Assembly (NCBI RefSeq): GCF_026210795.1
Contig: NC_089436.1
Coordinates: 1,984,001-2,048,000, forward strand
DNA length: 64,000 nt
Source of the DNA: Rhizophagus irregularis
Taxonomy: Eukaryota
Direction: 5' to 3'
In this document: positions 14,172 through 29,383 of the stretch, one piece after another
Numbering within the stretch: the stretch's first letter is position 1
Layout: each line of letters opens with the position of its first letter
Translations under genes and position numbers: made by a program
Notes under the pieces: generated by a model
What the model saw: the letters and a program-made list of their open reading frames with translations, nothing else
Told to the model about the DNA's origin: nothing
Databases searched by the model: none

Positions 14172-15127
14172 ATGCCTTGTAATCCACTTTTCGGTAAAAA
14201 TAAACCTCTACACCGTAAATTAGTGGTATTGGGTGACGGTGCTTGTGGTAAAACTTCTCTTTTAAATGTATTTACAAGAGGTTATTTTCCACAGGTATGT
14301 TAAAGACTCCTCTTTCGACTGTTTTTAAACACTACTTTTCTTCGAAAGTATTCAAATAGTTTTTTAATATTTTATTTCCTTCTTTTTGCTTTTATTAGAT
14401 ATATGAACCAACAGTATTCGAAAATTATGTACATGATATATGGATAGACAACCAGCAAATTGAATTGTCCCTTTGGGATACAGCCGGTAAATTAAAATTA
14501 CTCATTATTATTGATAATTAACAATAGATTATTTAGAATGTAAGTTTCGAATTTTAATATAGGACAAGAAGAGTTTGACCGTCTACGTTCTTTATCATAT
14601 GCTGATACACATGTTGTCATGTTGTGTTTTGCAGTAGATAACCGAGACTCACTTGAGAATATTGAATCAAAATGGATTGCAGAAATTTCTGAACATTGTC
14701 AAGGTGTCAAAATTGTCTTGGTTGCCTTAAAATGTGATTTAAGGGAGGATATTAATGTCGTAAGAAATATGCAACGATATGGAGAGAGACCGGTTTCTTA
14801 TGAAGAGGTAATTTATAAATACGGAGAGTTGTTTGTTTATTTATTTTTACTTATGGCTTTTTTTTTGAATGTATAGGGGCTAGCCGTGGCTCAAAATATA
14901 AATGCTTCCAGATATTTGGAATGTTCTGCAAAACATAATAGAGGTAGGTAATTTGGTAATTTATTATGTCAAAAGATATATATATATATTTTGAAAAAAA
15001 AAATAATAATAGTTCTTTATTATCAGGTGTGCGAGAGGCTTTTGAACAATCTGCTCGTGTGAGCATTCACGCAAGACCCAAAGGCGCGCCACATGATTCA
15101 AACAATGTGAGATGCATAATACTTTAA
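14172..15127 (+). CDS. RHO3: Rho-family small GTPase of the Rho3 type, 5 exons
   Basis: [76 protein letters not shown]-terminal CAAX CIIL*. Confidence 0.92.
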
Positions 15128-16687
15128 CTATAAAAATTTCGTCGATAACATACATTACAAGTATCTTCGGAAATATAACAAAAAATTTAGGACATTTTTA
15201 TTTTACTTTATTGTATTTATCATATATAGTTCTGGAGATTTCTTGTAGATAATTTTATGGGGGTGTAATTTTTCTTGGAAGAAACTCATCATTACACAAA
15301 CAAAATTTTTATATATTTCTGTGATGGGTTTATTTTCCGCTGGTTTATCCTTTTTCCTTTACCTTGTTTATCTAGCGATTTTTTTCTTTCCTTCATTAAC
15401 ATTTCCACTTCCATTAATCACTATTATTTTTACACCACACACTCTCCTTTAAGTTAATATACCATTCATTATATTTTGTAACACCGAAAACTTGAAGTCG
15501 TTTTAAAGATTAGAAATCTCAATTTTTTTTTTAAATTTTGGTAGCTGAGGAAAGAAGGTCGGGTTAATCATGAAAGACGTGCTGTTTGCTTGGAGAATGA
15601 TTATGAATGATTATGGGAATATATAAGGAGGATGAGCGAACAAAAGATTATTTAGTAAAACTTTTGACATAAACACTTCACTAATGTGAAGTGATTGGGT
15701 TTATGAAAAGTTTCAAATCAAAAAAAAAAATCAAAAATAACATTAAAATTATACAAAAATTATTATATGTATATATTAATGTATGAGTATACTGTATATC
15801 ATATATATTAAATAAAAAGTATTTATCATTAAATAAATACTATAGTTTATATAGTTTATATAAAAATGGATATTAGTATAACTGTATAAGATATACATTA
15901 AAATATATATATATCTAATAAAATTTTTTTTTGTATGCATGGGCTTGCATGCATTATCTAAACGGGCAGTCAGGTACTAATACTGGAACTATTCGGCCGA
16001 ATTTTTGATTTGCATATTTATTATTTTGTTTGAGAATCTTGAACTAATATATATATATATATATTTATTTTAAACAATGAGTGTTCCTACATATTATTAC
16101 ATATCTACGCATAAATGTTTTTTTTTATTTAGTTATTTATGGAATAGCATAGTTTTAAAAGATGTTAATTTTGTTATTATAACTTACTGATAAGTAATGA
16201 TACCTGATTTATTACGTGTAAATATTCTGAAATTTTCCGGAGAAACTATGATGCAAGGAAGTTCTCTGAACAGAAGATATGTGACATGTGACACTAAATC
16301 TAATAATAATTATTAATAACAAAATACTTTTTTAATGCTCCCTGCCGAAATGTAATTAAACATTTACGATATTTATCTCAAGATTATAATAATTACAAAT
16401 AATTTTCTATAAGCTAAAGGTTTATTTTCTTTGAACGACAGTTTAAATATATTCATCATAAATAATTTCCTTATAATTTGGTTTAAAAAAACTATTATGT
16501 TTTGTTGAAAACGATTTTAATTTAATTAATACTATAAATTAATAATTTCATTTTTAATTAATATACCTTATATAATTTCGAGGAAAAAAAAAAATGCCAA
16601 AAATAGTTACAATAAATCAATATATATAAATTATTAATAATTATTATATTACTATATTTTAAATATTATTAGTATAAAATTGGATTT

Positions 16688-17990
16688 CTATAATTTTCCG
16701 GAACCACATCCTTCATTTAATTCTTCCTCTTCCTTTGTTAGACGAATTAAAGCAGCTTCAGCTAAAAGTTCACGTTTCGACAATGTCTTAGAACGATCTG
16801 AACTTCCACCAAGTATAAAAGATCCACCTTGCCATGCTTTCTCATCGACTTTTTCTTCTTCTGGAGGGTTATAAAATTCACCATTTGATATTTTATTACC
16901 TCCTGATGCCGTCCAATCCAAATTAACTAAAAAAAAAATTATTATTATTATTTAGTTTGATATAATATTTTTTTTATAAGATTAAAATAAATTATTGAAT
17001 GATACTTACCAACTTCCTTGTTAAGTTGTCTGTTTAAACGATGAAAATTATCATCATGTTCACCCCAAACATTGTGAGTTAATTCATGTAATAAAACTTT
17101 CCTAATTTCAGGATAATGTCTAAATCCTTCCATATCATTTGTACGTAATCTTAATGATATTAATTGTCCATAATTTCTATTAAAACCTAATATTGTTCTT
17201 TCTGATGGTGATAATTCTTGTAAAGTACCAACATTCCATTTATGTTTCTTCATTATCGCTCTAATTCCTTTATCATCCCTTAATCTTTCTAATATATTAC
17301 GTGCTTTTTCAGGTTCAGGAAAATTTTCTATTACTTCTATCCTATGAAACGTATAATCATGTCCTGATAAATCTTCAACTCTATTTACATCTTTATATGG
17401 CTAAGATAAAAAAAAATATTCATTAATAAAATATTCGTTAATTAGAAAATTTGACAATAATAATTTATAATATAATTACATTTATTGCATATTTCGATCT
17501 CGATTTGTTGGAAAGTTGATGTATAATCTTAGAATCAGCCTTTTTTACAACTTGAATTTCTTCTTGTGAACTTCCCATCAATGTTACTTTAATTCCGGAT
17601 TTAAAATTACATTCTCTAAACGTTTTCCCATCTTTTAAAACACCTAAACATGAAAAAAAAACAATAAAATAAAAAATATTTTAAATAAATAAAATATAAA
17701 TAAATTTCTTTTTTTTACACTATTATTTTAAAAAAATCCTTACTTTTGTATAATAATTTTTGAAATTCTAAGGGTACACCAGTACTTTCCACAAGATATT
17801 CTTTTAATTCATGTATCGTATTATCAAGAGACCATGATTCCACCGGTATTATATTTCCTTTGAAATTTACTTGAAATGAGACTGGTTTAAAGGAAAAAAA
17901 AAATTTATATATAAATATTATAAGTTCATTTTGATTCATTAGAAATGAATTTTTTTTTTATAAATAAAACTTACTTGTATCTTCAGACAT
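16688..17990 (-). CDS. Ubiquitin-like domain + WLM metalloprotease (Wss1-family), multi-exon
   Basis: N-terminal UBL (ELKEYLVESTGVPLEFQKLLYK..KVTLMGS), WLM core (WNVGTLQEL, LGFNRNYG..ISLRLRT, LLHELTHNVWGEHDDNF), C-terminal RELLAEAALIRL SHP/VBM-like tail. Confidence 0.88.
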
Positions 17991-18791
17991 TTTATTATTG
18001 TTAATAATAAATAGTACTTAAATTAATATACTTTCTATGTAATTTTTTTAAAAAAATTAAAAGACAAAGTTGTTTCTTTTTCCGCATTTCACATATTCAC
18101 ATACAGTATTTATATTTTACTTTGTGATTACAAATTCTATATTCTATTCACATTAGGTAAGATCTCCGAAACAACTAGATTTTTCGGTTGAAAATTACGT
18201 ATGACGTAATTTATTACGTAACACAGACGCGTAAACTGAATTTCCGATCCGATTTGCATAATTAATGTATGGGACTATGGGGTGAACTGTGAAGAATTTT
18301 AAACATTTTAGATAAATATTTTTTTACATGTACAAATATACAACACATAATAAATTAAAGGAAAAAAGAAAAAGAGGAATCAATCACATCTTTTATTTTG
18401 ATTTTTTCCGTAAATTCAATTTATAGCTAACAAACTAAAGTACAGATATAAATATATCTTTTTCATAAATGCTAAGTCAAAGGTTATTTGACAGCTAGCA
18501 AAAAAATATTAAGATTATTTTTTTATGCATAAAGGGGTTTTTTTTAGAATTAGTCAAATTGTTATACAATGTATGAAAAATTATTATGTATCGTGTAAGG
18601 CTTTTTACATGCTGAAGGTCATTATAATATACAAGGGTTAGAAAAAAAAATTAGGTATAAATAATGCAAATAAGTATGTGGATTAATAAAAGGGAAAATT
18701 TTGAAATTTGGTTTTTTTTAAAATTCGAAATATTAGCGCCGTTCATAATTAATTAAAGAAGTCGTCATAATTTCATTTTTAAATAAATAAA

Positions 18792-19932
18792 TTAAGCTGC
18801 ATTCACAATAGCAGCTTGATCATCCTTTTCATTTCTTTCATCTCTTTCATTTTTTTCAACATTATTAGATTGATCGTTATGTTTTCTCTTTTCTCTATAC
18901 AACATGAACATGGCTACAAGTACGACGAAAATCCAATATATAAAATAACCAACTGTTGTTCCAACGGTAGCTTTATTTCTCCATCCGAATATTGTCGACA
19001 TAAGTGACCAGAAACGATTTTTGTTATCACAACAATCTAATTGCCATAAAACTTGTTCATAAGTTTCTGTTGCTTCTTGTAATTCATGAATTGAAGTGGA
19101 GAAAAGACCAGCGGCAACGAATAAAAGAAATACTGTTGTAATGTTGAAAAACACAGCCATTGACATCCTATGCGATCCTTTGTAAATTACAAACCCAATT
19201 AAGAATCCGGTAAAAATTCCCAAAATGATAGGAATTGGAAGTCCAGTTGCTGGGTTTTGGAAACCGATCTATTAGTTAGAAGATATATATATAAGGAAAT
19301 CAGATGATGCGCGCGTAGATCTAAATCGTCACACTTGGTTGCTTGTAAGATAAAGAGGGATGGGGTCAAACAATACTTACTCCGGCCATGAACACGAATG
19401 TTTCGACGCCTTCACGACATACAACAGTGAATGGTAAAATGATCAAGGCCCATTTATTTCCTCGTTCATGTTTTTGAAGATAATTTTCAGTGGCTTCTTT
19501 TAATTTGTTTTCCCATTTAGCTCTCCATTGATTGACTCTTAGCATACTTAATGCCATAAAGGTAATAACAATTGAGGCAATAAGACAGAACGATCCCTCT
19601 ATTTTTAAAGAGAGAATGAAATTAAAAAAAAAAATCCAAAGAATTAGTATTAAACATAAATGATATTACTTACCCCACGCGGCTTCACTTTCTTCCCAGA
19701 GATTTCTTTTGATAGTATAAAATATGCCAATAAAGATAGCACCAATTAATAAAGAAACTCCTAAACCAGCAGCAGTTCCATACCAAATTTGTCTTTTAAG
19801 TTTCTTTCGTACTGATTCATCGTCAAGAACCAATTTATCGATGAACCCTAAGAGAACTGCAAGAATAATTGTAGCCTCAAGAGTTTCTCTTAAGAGAATG
19901 AAATAAGCGGGAACATCGAATAAATAAACCAT
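18792..19932 (-). CDS. FTR1: High-affinity iron permease, FTR1 family, 3 exons
   Basis: Two REXXE motifs (LRETLE, CREGVE), several TM segments, FVAAGLFSTSIHELQ and IFGWRNKATVGT. Confidence 0.92.
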
Positions 19933-21602
19933 TATGTACGAATTTTGTCGTTAATTTTGTCGTTAAAATATATTTTTTTTAAAAAAAAAAAATTGACAAA
20001 AGAACTGACACTATTTATTTATTTGAGAGGGATATGCCTAAAGAAAAGAAATAACGTAAATCTTTGGACTTTTTATATGTATTTTTATCACTTGATATGA
20101 GCATATCATTGGTATTGCCATTTTTGCGATTCTTTTTTCCCTACATATAAAAGTTGATAAAAAAAAGATTGAAATTTATTATTTTTACGATAATCAAACC
20201 CTCTTAAGTAATCATAAAGGTAATCATTATAGTCTTACAAGTGATAACTCTAACGATATTTATACTCACAAATAAGTGAAAATTGTGTAATTTGTGACAT
20301 TGATCAATTTTTAATTCTTAATTTATGTAAAAAAAAACAAATTAAAAAATTTGTAAAATGAAACACACATGCAGCCACGTTAATAATGCTTAAAGTTAAT
20401 CACGAATTTTTGATTGTAAATCACCAATTGGGGATAATGTGAATAATGTGCAAATGATTAGCGAGATTCATACAAAAAAAAATTGCCAAGTATTGTTTAA
20501 AGAAGAATAATAATATTAAATAATTAACCAATCATTTTCATGATTTGGATAATTTAACGCGTTCAAATTCTAAATATGGATAATGATTTTCATTTGATTT
20601 TTTTTGACAATCTAGATTTTCTCCCCCCTTTTTTTTAAACGGGATCACATTCAAATGTCAACAGTTGTTTATCATATGATTTGGGTTTGATTGGTAAATT
20701 ACTTATGTAAGCATGAATTAAACTTTTTTTAGTTGAGCACGCCTTTATTTAAGCTGATCAGTAACCAATAAGTCCATTCTTGAAATGTGATTATCGACAA
20801 TATTTTATTTAGAAATATAATTTCATTAATTGAAGTAAATTATACTATGAACTAAGTCCGTGAATTATATATATATACTGGTCGAAGGTTCATTCATACA
20901 CACGTTGAATGTAATGACATCTTTTTTCATACTACTCAACTACTACTCAACTACTCAAAAATTCAGAATTTAGAATATACTCAGTGATGTACATTGGAAA
21001 CTTCCAATGACTTTTTATTGGAATTGGACCTTACGATCTTTCCAATTCCAATCCTTTCCGATATTCCAATAATTTTTTGTATCCATATTATGTCAGTTAC
21101 ATATATATGTATATGTAATCTATGGTATCAAATAGGAATTCTATTGAGGTTGGGAGGTTGGAATGGTTTCCAGTAGCTTCCAATCTTCCTGTGAATTAAT
21201 CATAGGAGAAATTTTATTTAAAATGGAAAATATTCGTGCCAATTATTTCATAGATAATTTATTAAAAACTTGATTAATTTTACATAAAATGAATGAATGC
21301 TAGTTCCTATAAACATTATTAGACCTCAAAATAAGTATTTATTAATACAAAAAGAAAACCTGATAATATACAATATATATATATATAACATACATACATC
21401 ACATATATAATGTATAGTTGAATAAGCAAGATATATACATAGTTCAACCGGAAGGGGGAGATTTAGGAATGAAAAAATAATTTAAAAGTGAAAGAAGTAT
21501 TTTAAAGGAGAAATATTGAAATAGGATGAAAAGATCAAAAAATGCGTCAAGCATTTTTTTCTCAATTAATTATAACTAATCAAATTGTGCCTGCGAGATT
21601 AT

Positions 21603-23050
21603 TCATTGGAAGACAATAAGATACCTTGGGATTGTGGCCTAAGAAGATATTTATCGGTTAATATAATTCATTAAGTTCATAAGCTCATAATCTCAACATA
21701 CCTCATCTTTCTCAATTATCAATATTGAGTTTGGCGAAGTGGATACCACATCAACTACAAACATAGCTTTTACGTTATTACTGCTACAATAACTTAGCGA
21801 TGTGGCTGAATTATTCGCGAACCACATTCCTAAAAAAAGTGTAAGAAATTTTTTTTTTTAAAAAAAAATGTACATTTTAAAATCAAATAAACAAAATGAA
21901 TATACTTACTCTGATTATAACGAGAATATTTTGTTTTATTGCCTTCTTGAACGATACCACAAACTCCACAACCAATTTTACAAAATAAAGCACATTTATT
22001 ATTGATAAAATGTTGAGGTTTACATATAAATGCGGTCTTAGTACCGTGAAACATTCTATGACAAATCTGAGATTCTGATGTAATGTTGTTTTGAGCCAAC
22101 TCTCTTTTAAACTGTTCGTGAGCTTTAATAAGTCTTGTTGGCATTTGTAAACGTATTATACCAAGGATATTTTTATTTGGTAAACCAGCTTGAAAGAGTT
22201 TTTTAATCTCGATATATTCTTCATCTTTTGGAGAAAGTGTTTTCAATTTCGTCCTTCTAATTGTCTTGATTGTCTTGATTGATTTTGAGCTCTTTTTCTT
22301 CCCTTTCTTCTCTTTTTTCTTCATACAACAATAACTATCTGTTTCCGTTTCATAAGCAGAATCATTTTGATCCATATCCGAACTTTCGATACTAGTACTT
22401 ACTGTAGAATTTGAATAATTATTATTTTTAATATTCCAGTTTTTAATAGGTTCGGGCTCACGTTTAGAAAAACTAAACAATTTCTTCTTCTTTTTGGTAG
22501 AATCTACAGGATTTTCTTGATGAACAAGAATTTCTTGACTATTATCAACGCTATTATTTATCGTCGTTGAAGCGTCAGAAGTCGTCGAAGATTTATGTTT
22601 CAAAATGGAACTATAATTCCAGGGAAAATGACTAAATAAGGAAGCAGATTTAGTCGAAGAATTAGCCGTTGATTCCGGCTTTATCGAACCTCTATCAGAA
22701 AATGAAATCACTGATGTTGAGACAACAGGCTGAGATTCGTTAATAACTGGTAAAGGAATTTCCGAAGATGATGAAACCGAAGTTGAAGATGATGTTAAAG
22801 TTTTTGTTGATGAACTTGCAACTTCTAATTGTGAATTTTGATCCTCTTCAAGAGTATCGCTACAAAGAGAAGAATTAGAACATTTATTATTACATTCTTC
22901 TAATTGATATTTAAGTTTGTCATTTTTCCTTCGAATGCTATTCATTTTAAATTTTAAAACGTTTCCAAAAATAAGTTTCTTTTGAGAAAGTTGTGAAGAT
23001 TGAGTGTTATTTGCAGTACCGTCTTGATGTGTTATTGTTTCTTGAATCAT
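21603..23050 (-). CDS. Protein with long Ser-rich disordered N-terminus and C-terminal PARP/ADP-ribosyltransferase-fold domain, 3 exons
   Basis: RMFHGTK..C..C..GCGVCGIVQEG in ORF 21830-23050. The following exons give MWFANNSATSLSY..KAMFVVDVV..SILIIEKDE and ATIPRYLIVFQ*, matching the strand order of fungal ART domains. Confidence 0.7.
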
Positions 23051-25696
23051 GTTTATTTTTTTATTTTAATTTTTAATTTTTTTTTCCCCTTGATTCAGAT
23101 GCGTGACTAATTATAATTGCAAGAAAATTCGCAGCAAAAAAAAGGGTGAGAAATTTTAGGATGATAAAATAATGATGAATAAATAATTTCAAAGGAATGA
23201 TTGAAATTCAGGATGTTTAAATACTTTCTTGGCAAGAGATGTTGCCAAGTACTTCCGGAGTAAGAAAAAAAAAATTTTTTTTATTAGTTGAACTTGTAAA
23301 AAAAAAAATTTACATTAATTTTTTCTTTTCAGGGTTCATTGAAGTATTTTATTAAAAACAAATGATGGTAACACTATACATATCCAACTTCTTTTTATTT
23401 TATCTTATTTTTTTTTAAAAAAAAAATATATATATATATGTATGTATATATATATTCTCTCAAAAATATTGGCTTGAGAGAAAAAAAAAAAAAGAATGTT
23501 TAGATAGAAAGAAAGGGTTGATTTTTAAGGAATTGTGCCAATGTTATGTACCTAAGGATCCACACATTTAAACAAAAAAAGTTTAGCTTAAAGAGTTATT
23601 TTGTTATTTTGACTCCGATAGTAACACGGACGGAAGAGCTTATGAAATATCGGCCCTTATTTAGCTTTATAAAGGAATGATTTTAGACACAATCCGTAGT
23701 ATAAAACGGAAATTAATTCCCTTTTTTTTATATAAATAGAAAGATTTCGTAATTTAACAATGAAATGATAAACGAAAATTTATTAATAACTTATTCGATC
23801 AAAAAAATATATTTATATATATTAAAATTAAAAAATAGAATCAGGGAAAATCACGGAAAATCAGGGAAAATCGTATTTTGGTTATGATAGTCATTATAAT
23901 TTAACCCTTAATAACCTTAATAACCATACGGATAATAAATTCCGATGTGACATCTTTTTTGTTTTGTTTGCCTTCTTTGAACAACGATCATTATCAAGTT
24001 CATAAAAATCTTTTATTATAACGTTAAAGGAATTTTTTTCTTTTTCTTTTTCTTTCTTTGTTTCATAAAATAATAAAAAATGATACCTTTGTTTACTTTT
24101 CGATAAGTAAATCGGAACAACGCCATATGAAAGAAATGAACTAATTAGCCATTACTCTGTTAAGCATCAATGATGCACAAATAGGATATTTTTTAAAAGT
24201 ATATTTACGCCATAGCATTAACGTACTTAAGTGGTAGTATAATGAGTATTATGTGAGAATATATTACGAGTTACCTAAAAGGATTTATAATCAAAAATAA
24301 AAAAACCATTTTACAATAGACATTCCAAGCGAGTCAGTGAATGACAGACATCAGACGGTCGGTTTATGCAGCAATGTGCGTAGTGTTACTACAACGCGCA
24401 TACACGGTACAGTCAGTACACGATGTAGTCGGTGTACGGTGTACGTACCGGTCCATAAAGTTTATTCATTGTTACTTGTCAATTAGAATCACAGGAATTT
24501 TGAAAAACGAATCAATAGTAGAATAAAAGAATGGCAAATTATATTTGTCACTTTTGTTGCGCGAATATATTTTAGATTTCACGATGTTATCATTTTATTT
24601 ATTATTCATTTCAAGTCCTAACTTTAAAATCCTGATAAAATATTTAGTCGAGATTCGAGAAATACTTAAAAAAGATGTTCTGAAAAAAAAGGTTATTTCT
24701 AATAATGGTTATTGCTTAAAGAATAATTCCAAGAAAATATTTTAGTTCATGCCACACAATACAGTATTAAAATTGATAATGCTGAACATTTAAAAAGACT
24801 GCAATATGATAAAGTAGGTCAGAATTCTATTTGATAGTTTAACCAGATAATGCAAGGCATTCCAATATGATAAAGTAGGGGATAAAAGTTAATTTAACTA
24901 GGATTACAAATCACATGACATAATTTCTTATGTCGTTTATCACTTGTCAGTTTGGATTGGAGCCGAACTGATGCAAAGGTCTAAACTAAAAAGAAAAAGT
25001 TCACAGACGTTTGTATCCAAACCGCCGATTTGGTCTAGGTCAAAAATTATGGCTCCGAAGTTGTTTTGTGATATTGATCACACTGATTACATTAAATAAT
25101 AAGAATAATAAGTAATTTACGTCATTATTACGTCTAAATCACCAGTCATCGCCTTTCTCTCTTCGGCTTCAATAAAATCCAGTTTATTATAATTACATAA
25201 TTTTGATTGATATAACAAATCAAATATTTGTTATTAATATTGTCTTTTTTTAAACAATCATAAGGCATTAGGTCTAACTGTCAGATAATTGGCGTAACTT
25301 TAATCTTATCATGACTTTTTCCCATAATGCAAATTAAATAATCCTCTTTAATTCTCACGTAAACAGTACCTTCTTCTCATCGCGATATCAGTCACAATAT
25401 TATTGAAATTTTCTTCCCACAATTGTTAATAAATAATATTATTCTAAGGCTTTATCAAAATATTTAAATTCTCGTTTTTTTTTGGCATTAAAAAATAATA
25501 ATTTTTTCGCTTTTTTATTTGATAACAAATAGTATTATCTCTCGTGCATCCCGTTTCCTCTCGTCTCTCTAATTTTTTTATAAGTTGTACTTTTTAAAGT
25601 TATTTATCTTGTATTTTCGTGTTTGAGAGAGCCGGTGTATATTTTGCGTGTTTATAACTTTATACACCTTTTTTTTTATTTTTAATGAATTAGACA

Positions 25697-25891
25697 ATGA
25701 GTAAGTCAAATAGTGGAAAAAGCGTTAGTTATGCAAAAAAATCTGCCAATGACCGATCGAATGCTTTTAATAAGAACTCTCCAGCTTATAATAAAACGAC
25801 CGAAAATAGCAAGGGAGGTGGCACCTCTAAAGCATCTCATAATGCTGCAGCGAAAAACAATGAAATTATTAAAAATACTGGGAAAAAATAA
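25697..25891 (+). CDS. Small basic hydrophilic protein (64 aa), unknown function
   Basis: ATG-initiated ORF with higher GC than its T-rich flanks and protein-like composition. No recognised domain. Confidence 0.45.
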   Translation: MSKSNSGKSVSYAKKSANDRSNAFNKNSPAYNKTTENSKGGGTSKASHNAAAKNNEIIKNTGKK

Positions 25892-26278
25892 ATGGAATCG
25901 TTCTCTCTTTTAGAAAAAAAATCGTTTTTTTTTTATTTTTCGCGTAAAATGTATTTGTTAAGAAATTTTTTTTTTCCCCTCAAATATCTCTCTTTCTTTA
26001 TATTTTAACGATTTTTCTTTTCTTTTTTGACTTTAAACGCGTCGTAAATATTATATTAATAATCTATACATTAAAAGAAGCTTTAAAATGATTTTCTTGT
26101 AATCAATTTACGACAATTAAAATAAAATGATTCAATAGTTTCTCGATTTAGACTCTCGTCTCATGTCAAATGATTTAAAAAAGTTAGTTGCCAACTTTTT
26201 TTTAGATCCAAATTTCGGATATAAAAAAAAAGTTACGTTTTGATACAACGCGTTATATAATATTTCTCCTTTCAAACG

Positions 26279-27108
26279 ATGAATTCAGAATTTGAAACTT
26301 TCTATAAAGAAAAAGATGATGTAAGAAAGTTAAAAGTGAACCGATAGGTTTTTTTTTGTATTTATCAAAAATAAAATAAATAAGCATATATATATATATA
26401 CTCTGTATTTATTAATATAATATTGAAAAAAAATTTTTTTTCTAAAAAAAGACGAATATCGACATGAAAATTAACGATGAGAATATTAAAAATGATAATG
26501 AGGAATCTGACGATGACGAGAAATTTTATGATAAAGTTGATAATTACGCTAGAACTGTAAGATCTGAACTCGTTCTTAAAACTATCGAAAGTAATATCAT
26601 CAAAAAAACGAAAGAAACGAAAATCGAAGAATCTCCAAAGTCTAATCAATTAAATAACAAGAAATTCAAATGTAACTTTTCTGGATGTGAAAAAGCTTTT
26701 GTTCGAAAGAATAAATTAGTTATTCATATGAGGTACCATACGGGTGAACGACCATACGAATGTAAGGAACCTGGATGTGGAAAGAGTTTTACGCAATCTT
26801 ATAATTTAACATATCATACGAGAACTCATACTGGCGAACGTCCTTACATATGCCCCGAACCAGGTTGTGGAATGTCTTTTGCGATGTCCAGTCATTGTTC
26901 GCGTCATAAGAGAACTCATTCCGGGGAACGTCCTTACCAATGTAAAGAACCTGGTTGTGAAAAAAGTTTCGCGCAATTTTATAATTTGAAAGTTCATATG
27001 AGATCTCATACTGGGGAACGTCCATATAAATGTAGTGAACCGGGATGTGAAAAGAGATTTGCATATAATACTCCTTTAAAAGAGCACATGAAGACTCATA
27101 TTCATTGA
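26279..27108 (+). CDS. C2H2 zinc-finger transcription factor (5 tandem fingers)
   Basis: Five C-x4-C...H-x3-H fingers with HTGERPY linkers in ORF 26464-27108. A probable short first exon starts at ATG 26279 and ends GAT|GTAAG, splicing in frame at ~26452; the start is uncertain. Confidence 0.85.
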
Positions 27109-27468
27109 ATAGATTTACAGTATCGTTTTTTTGGTGAGTACGACATTGATCATGTGACTGAATTAGTTTTAGAATTTTGATCTCGTATCAAAAGTCTACA
27201 ATTGGTAAATAAACATTAGAATCAAAAAGGTTTTAAAAAATGTTTTTTAAACTTTTATTGTTTTTTGTCGAGTTATTCTATTAAAGATTTTTACGCTCTT
27301 TTAATAATTAAATCCTTTCCTTCAGGTATAATTAATTATATTAATTATTTATATTTACAAAATAAACAACGTAAATAAATAATAATATAAAAATTATATA
27401 TACTGTATAGTATATTATATATTAATAAATTATCTCATTCTTTTATAATAATTATTATCATTATTTTA

Positions 27469-29160
<1,692 letters not shown>

Positions 29161-29383
29161 AGCGAACAATTTTATCGGAAAGGATTGAAGAAATTAGATG
29201 CTTTATTTTATTAAGGAAGCATCAAAAAGATTGTGATGGGTAAAAATGATGAAAATGTACAAATTTGATAAATCATTGATATATTTAAAAGGTTGTAATA
29301 TGATATACAATTTACAAATAAATAAAATAAATAGATGAAATTTATTTTTTACGTTGGCACGTTATTAGAAAATACGTTATTTC

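Noticed and set aside
24341..24745. Short ORFs over a GTAC-rich patch
   Set aside because: No motifs or splice support; the patch is low-complexity and at most regulatory.
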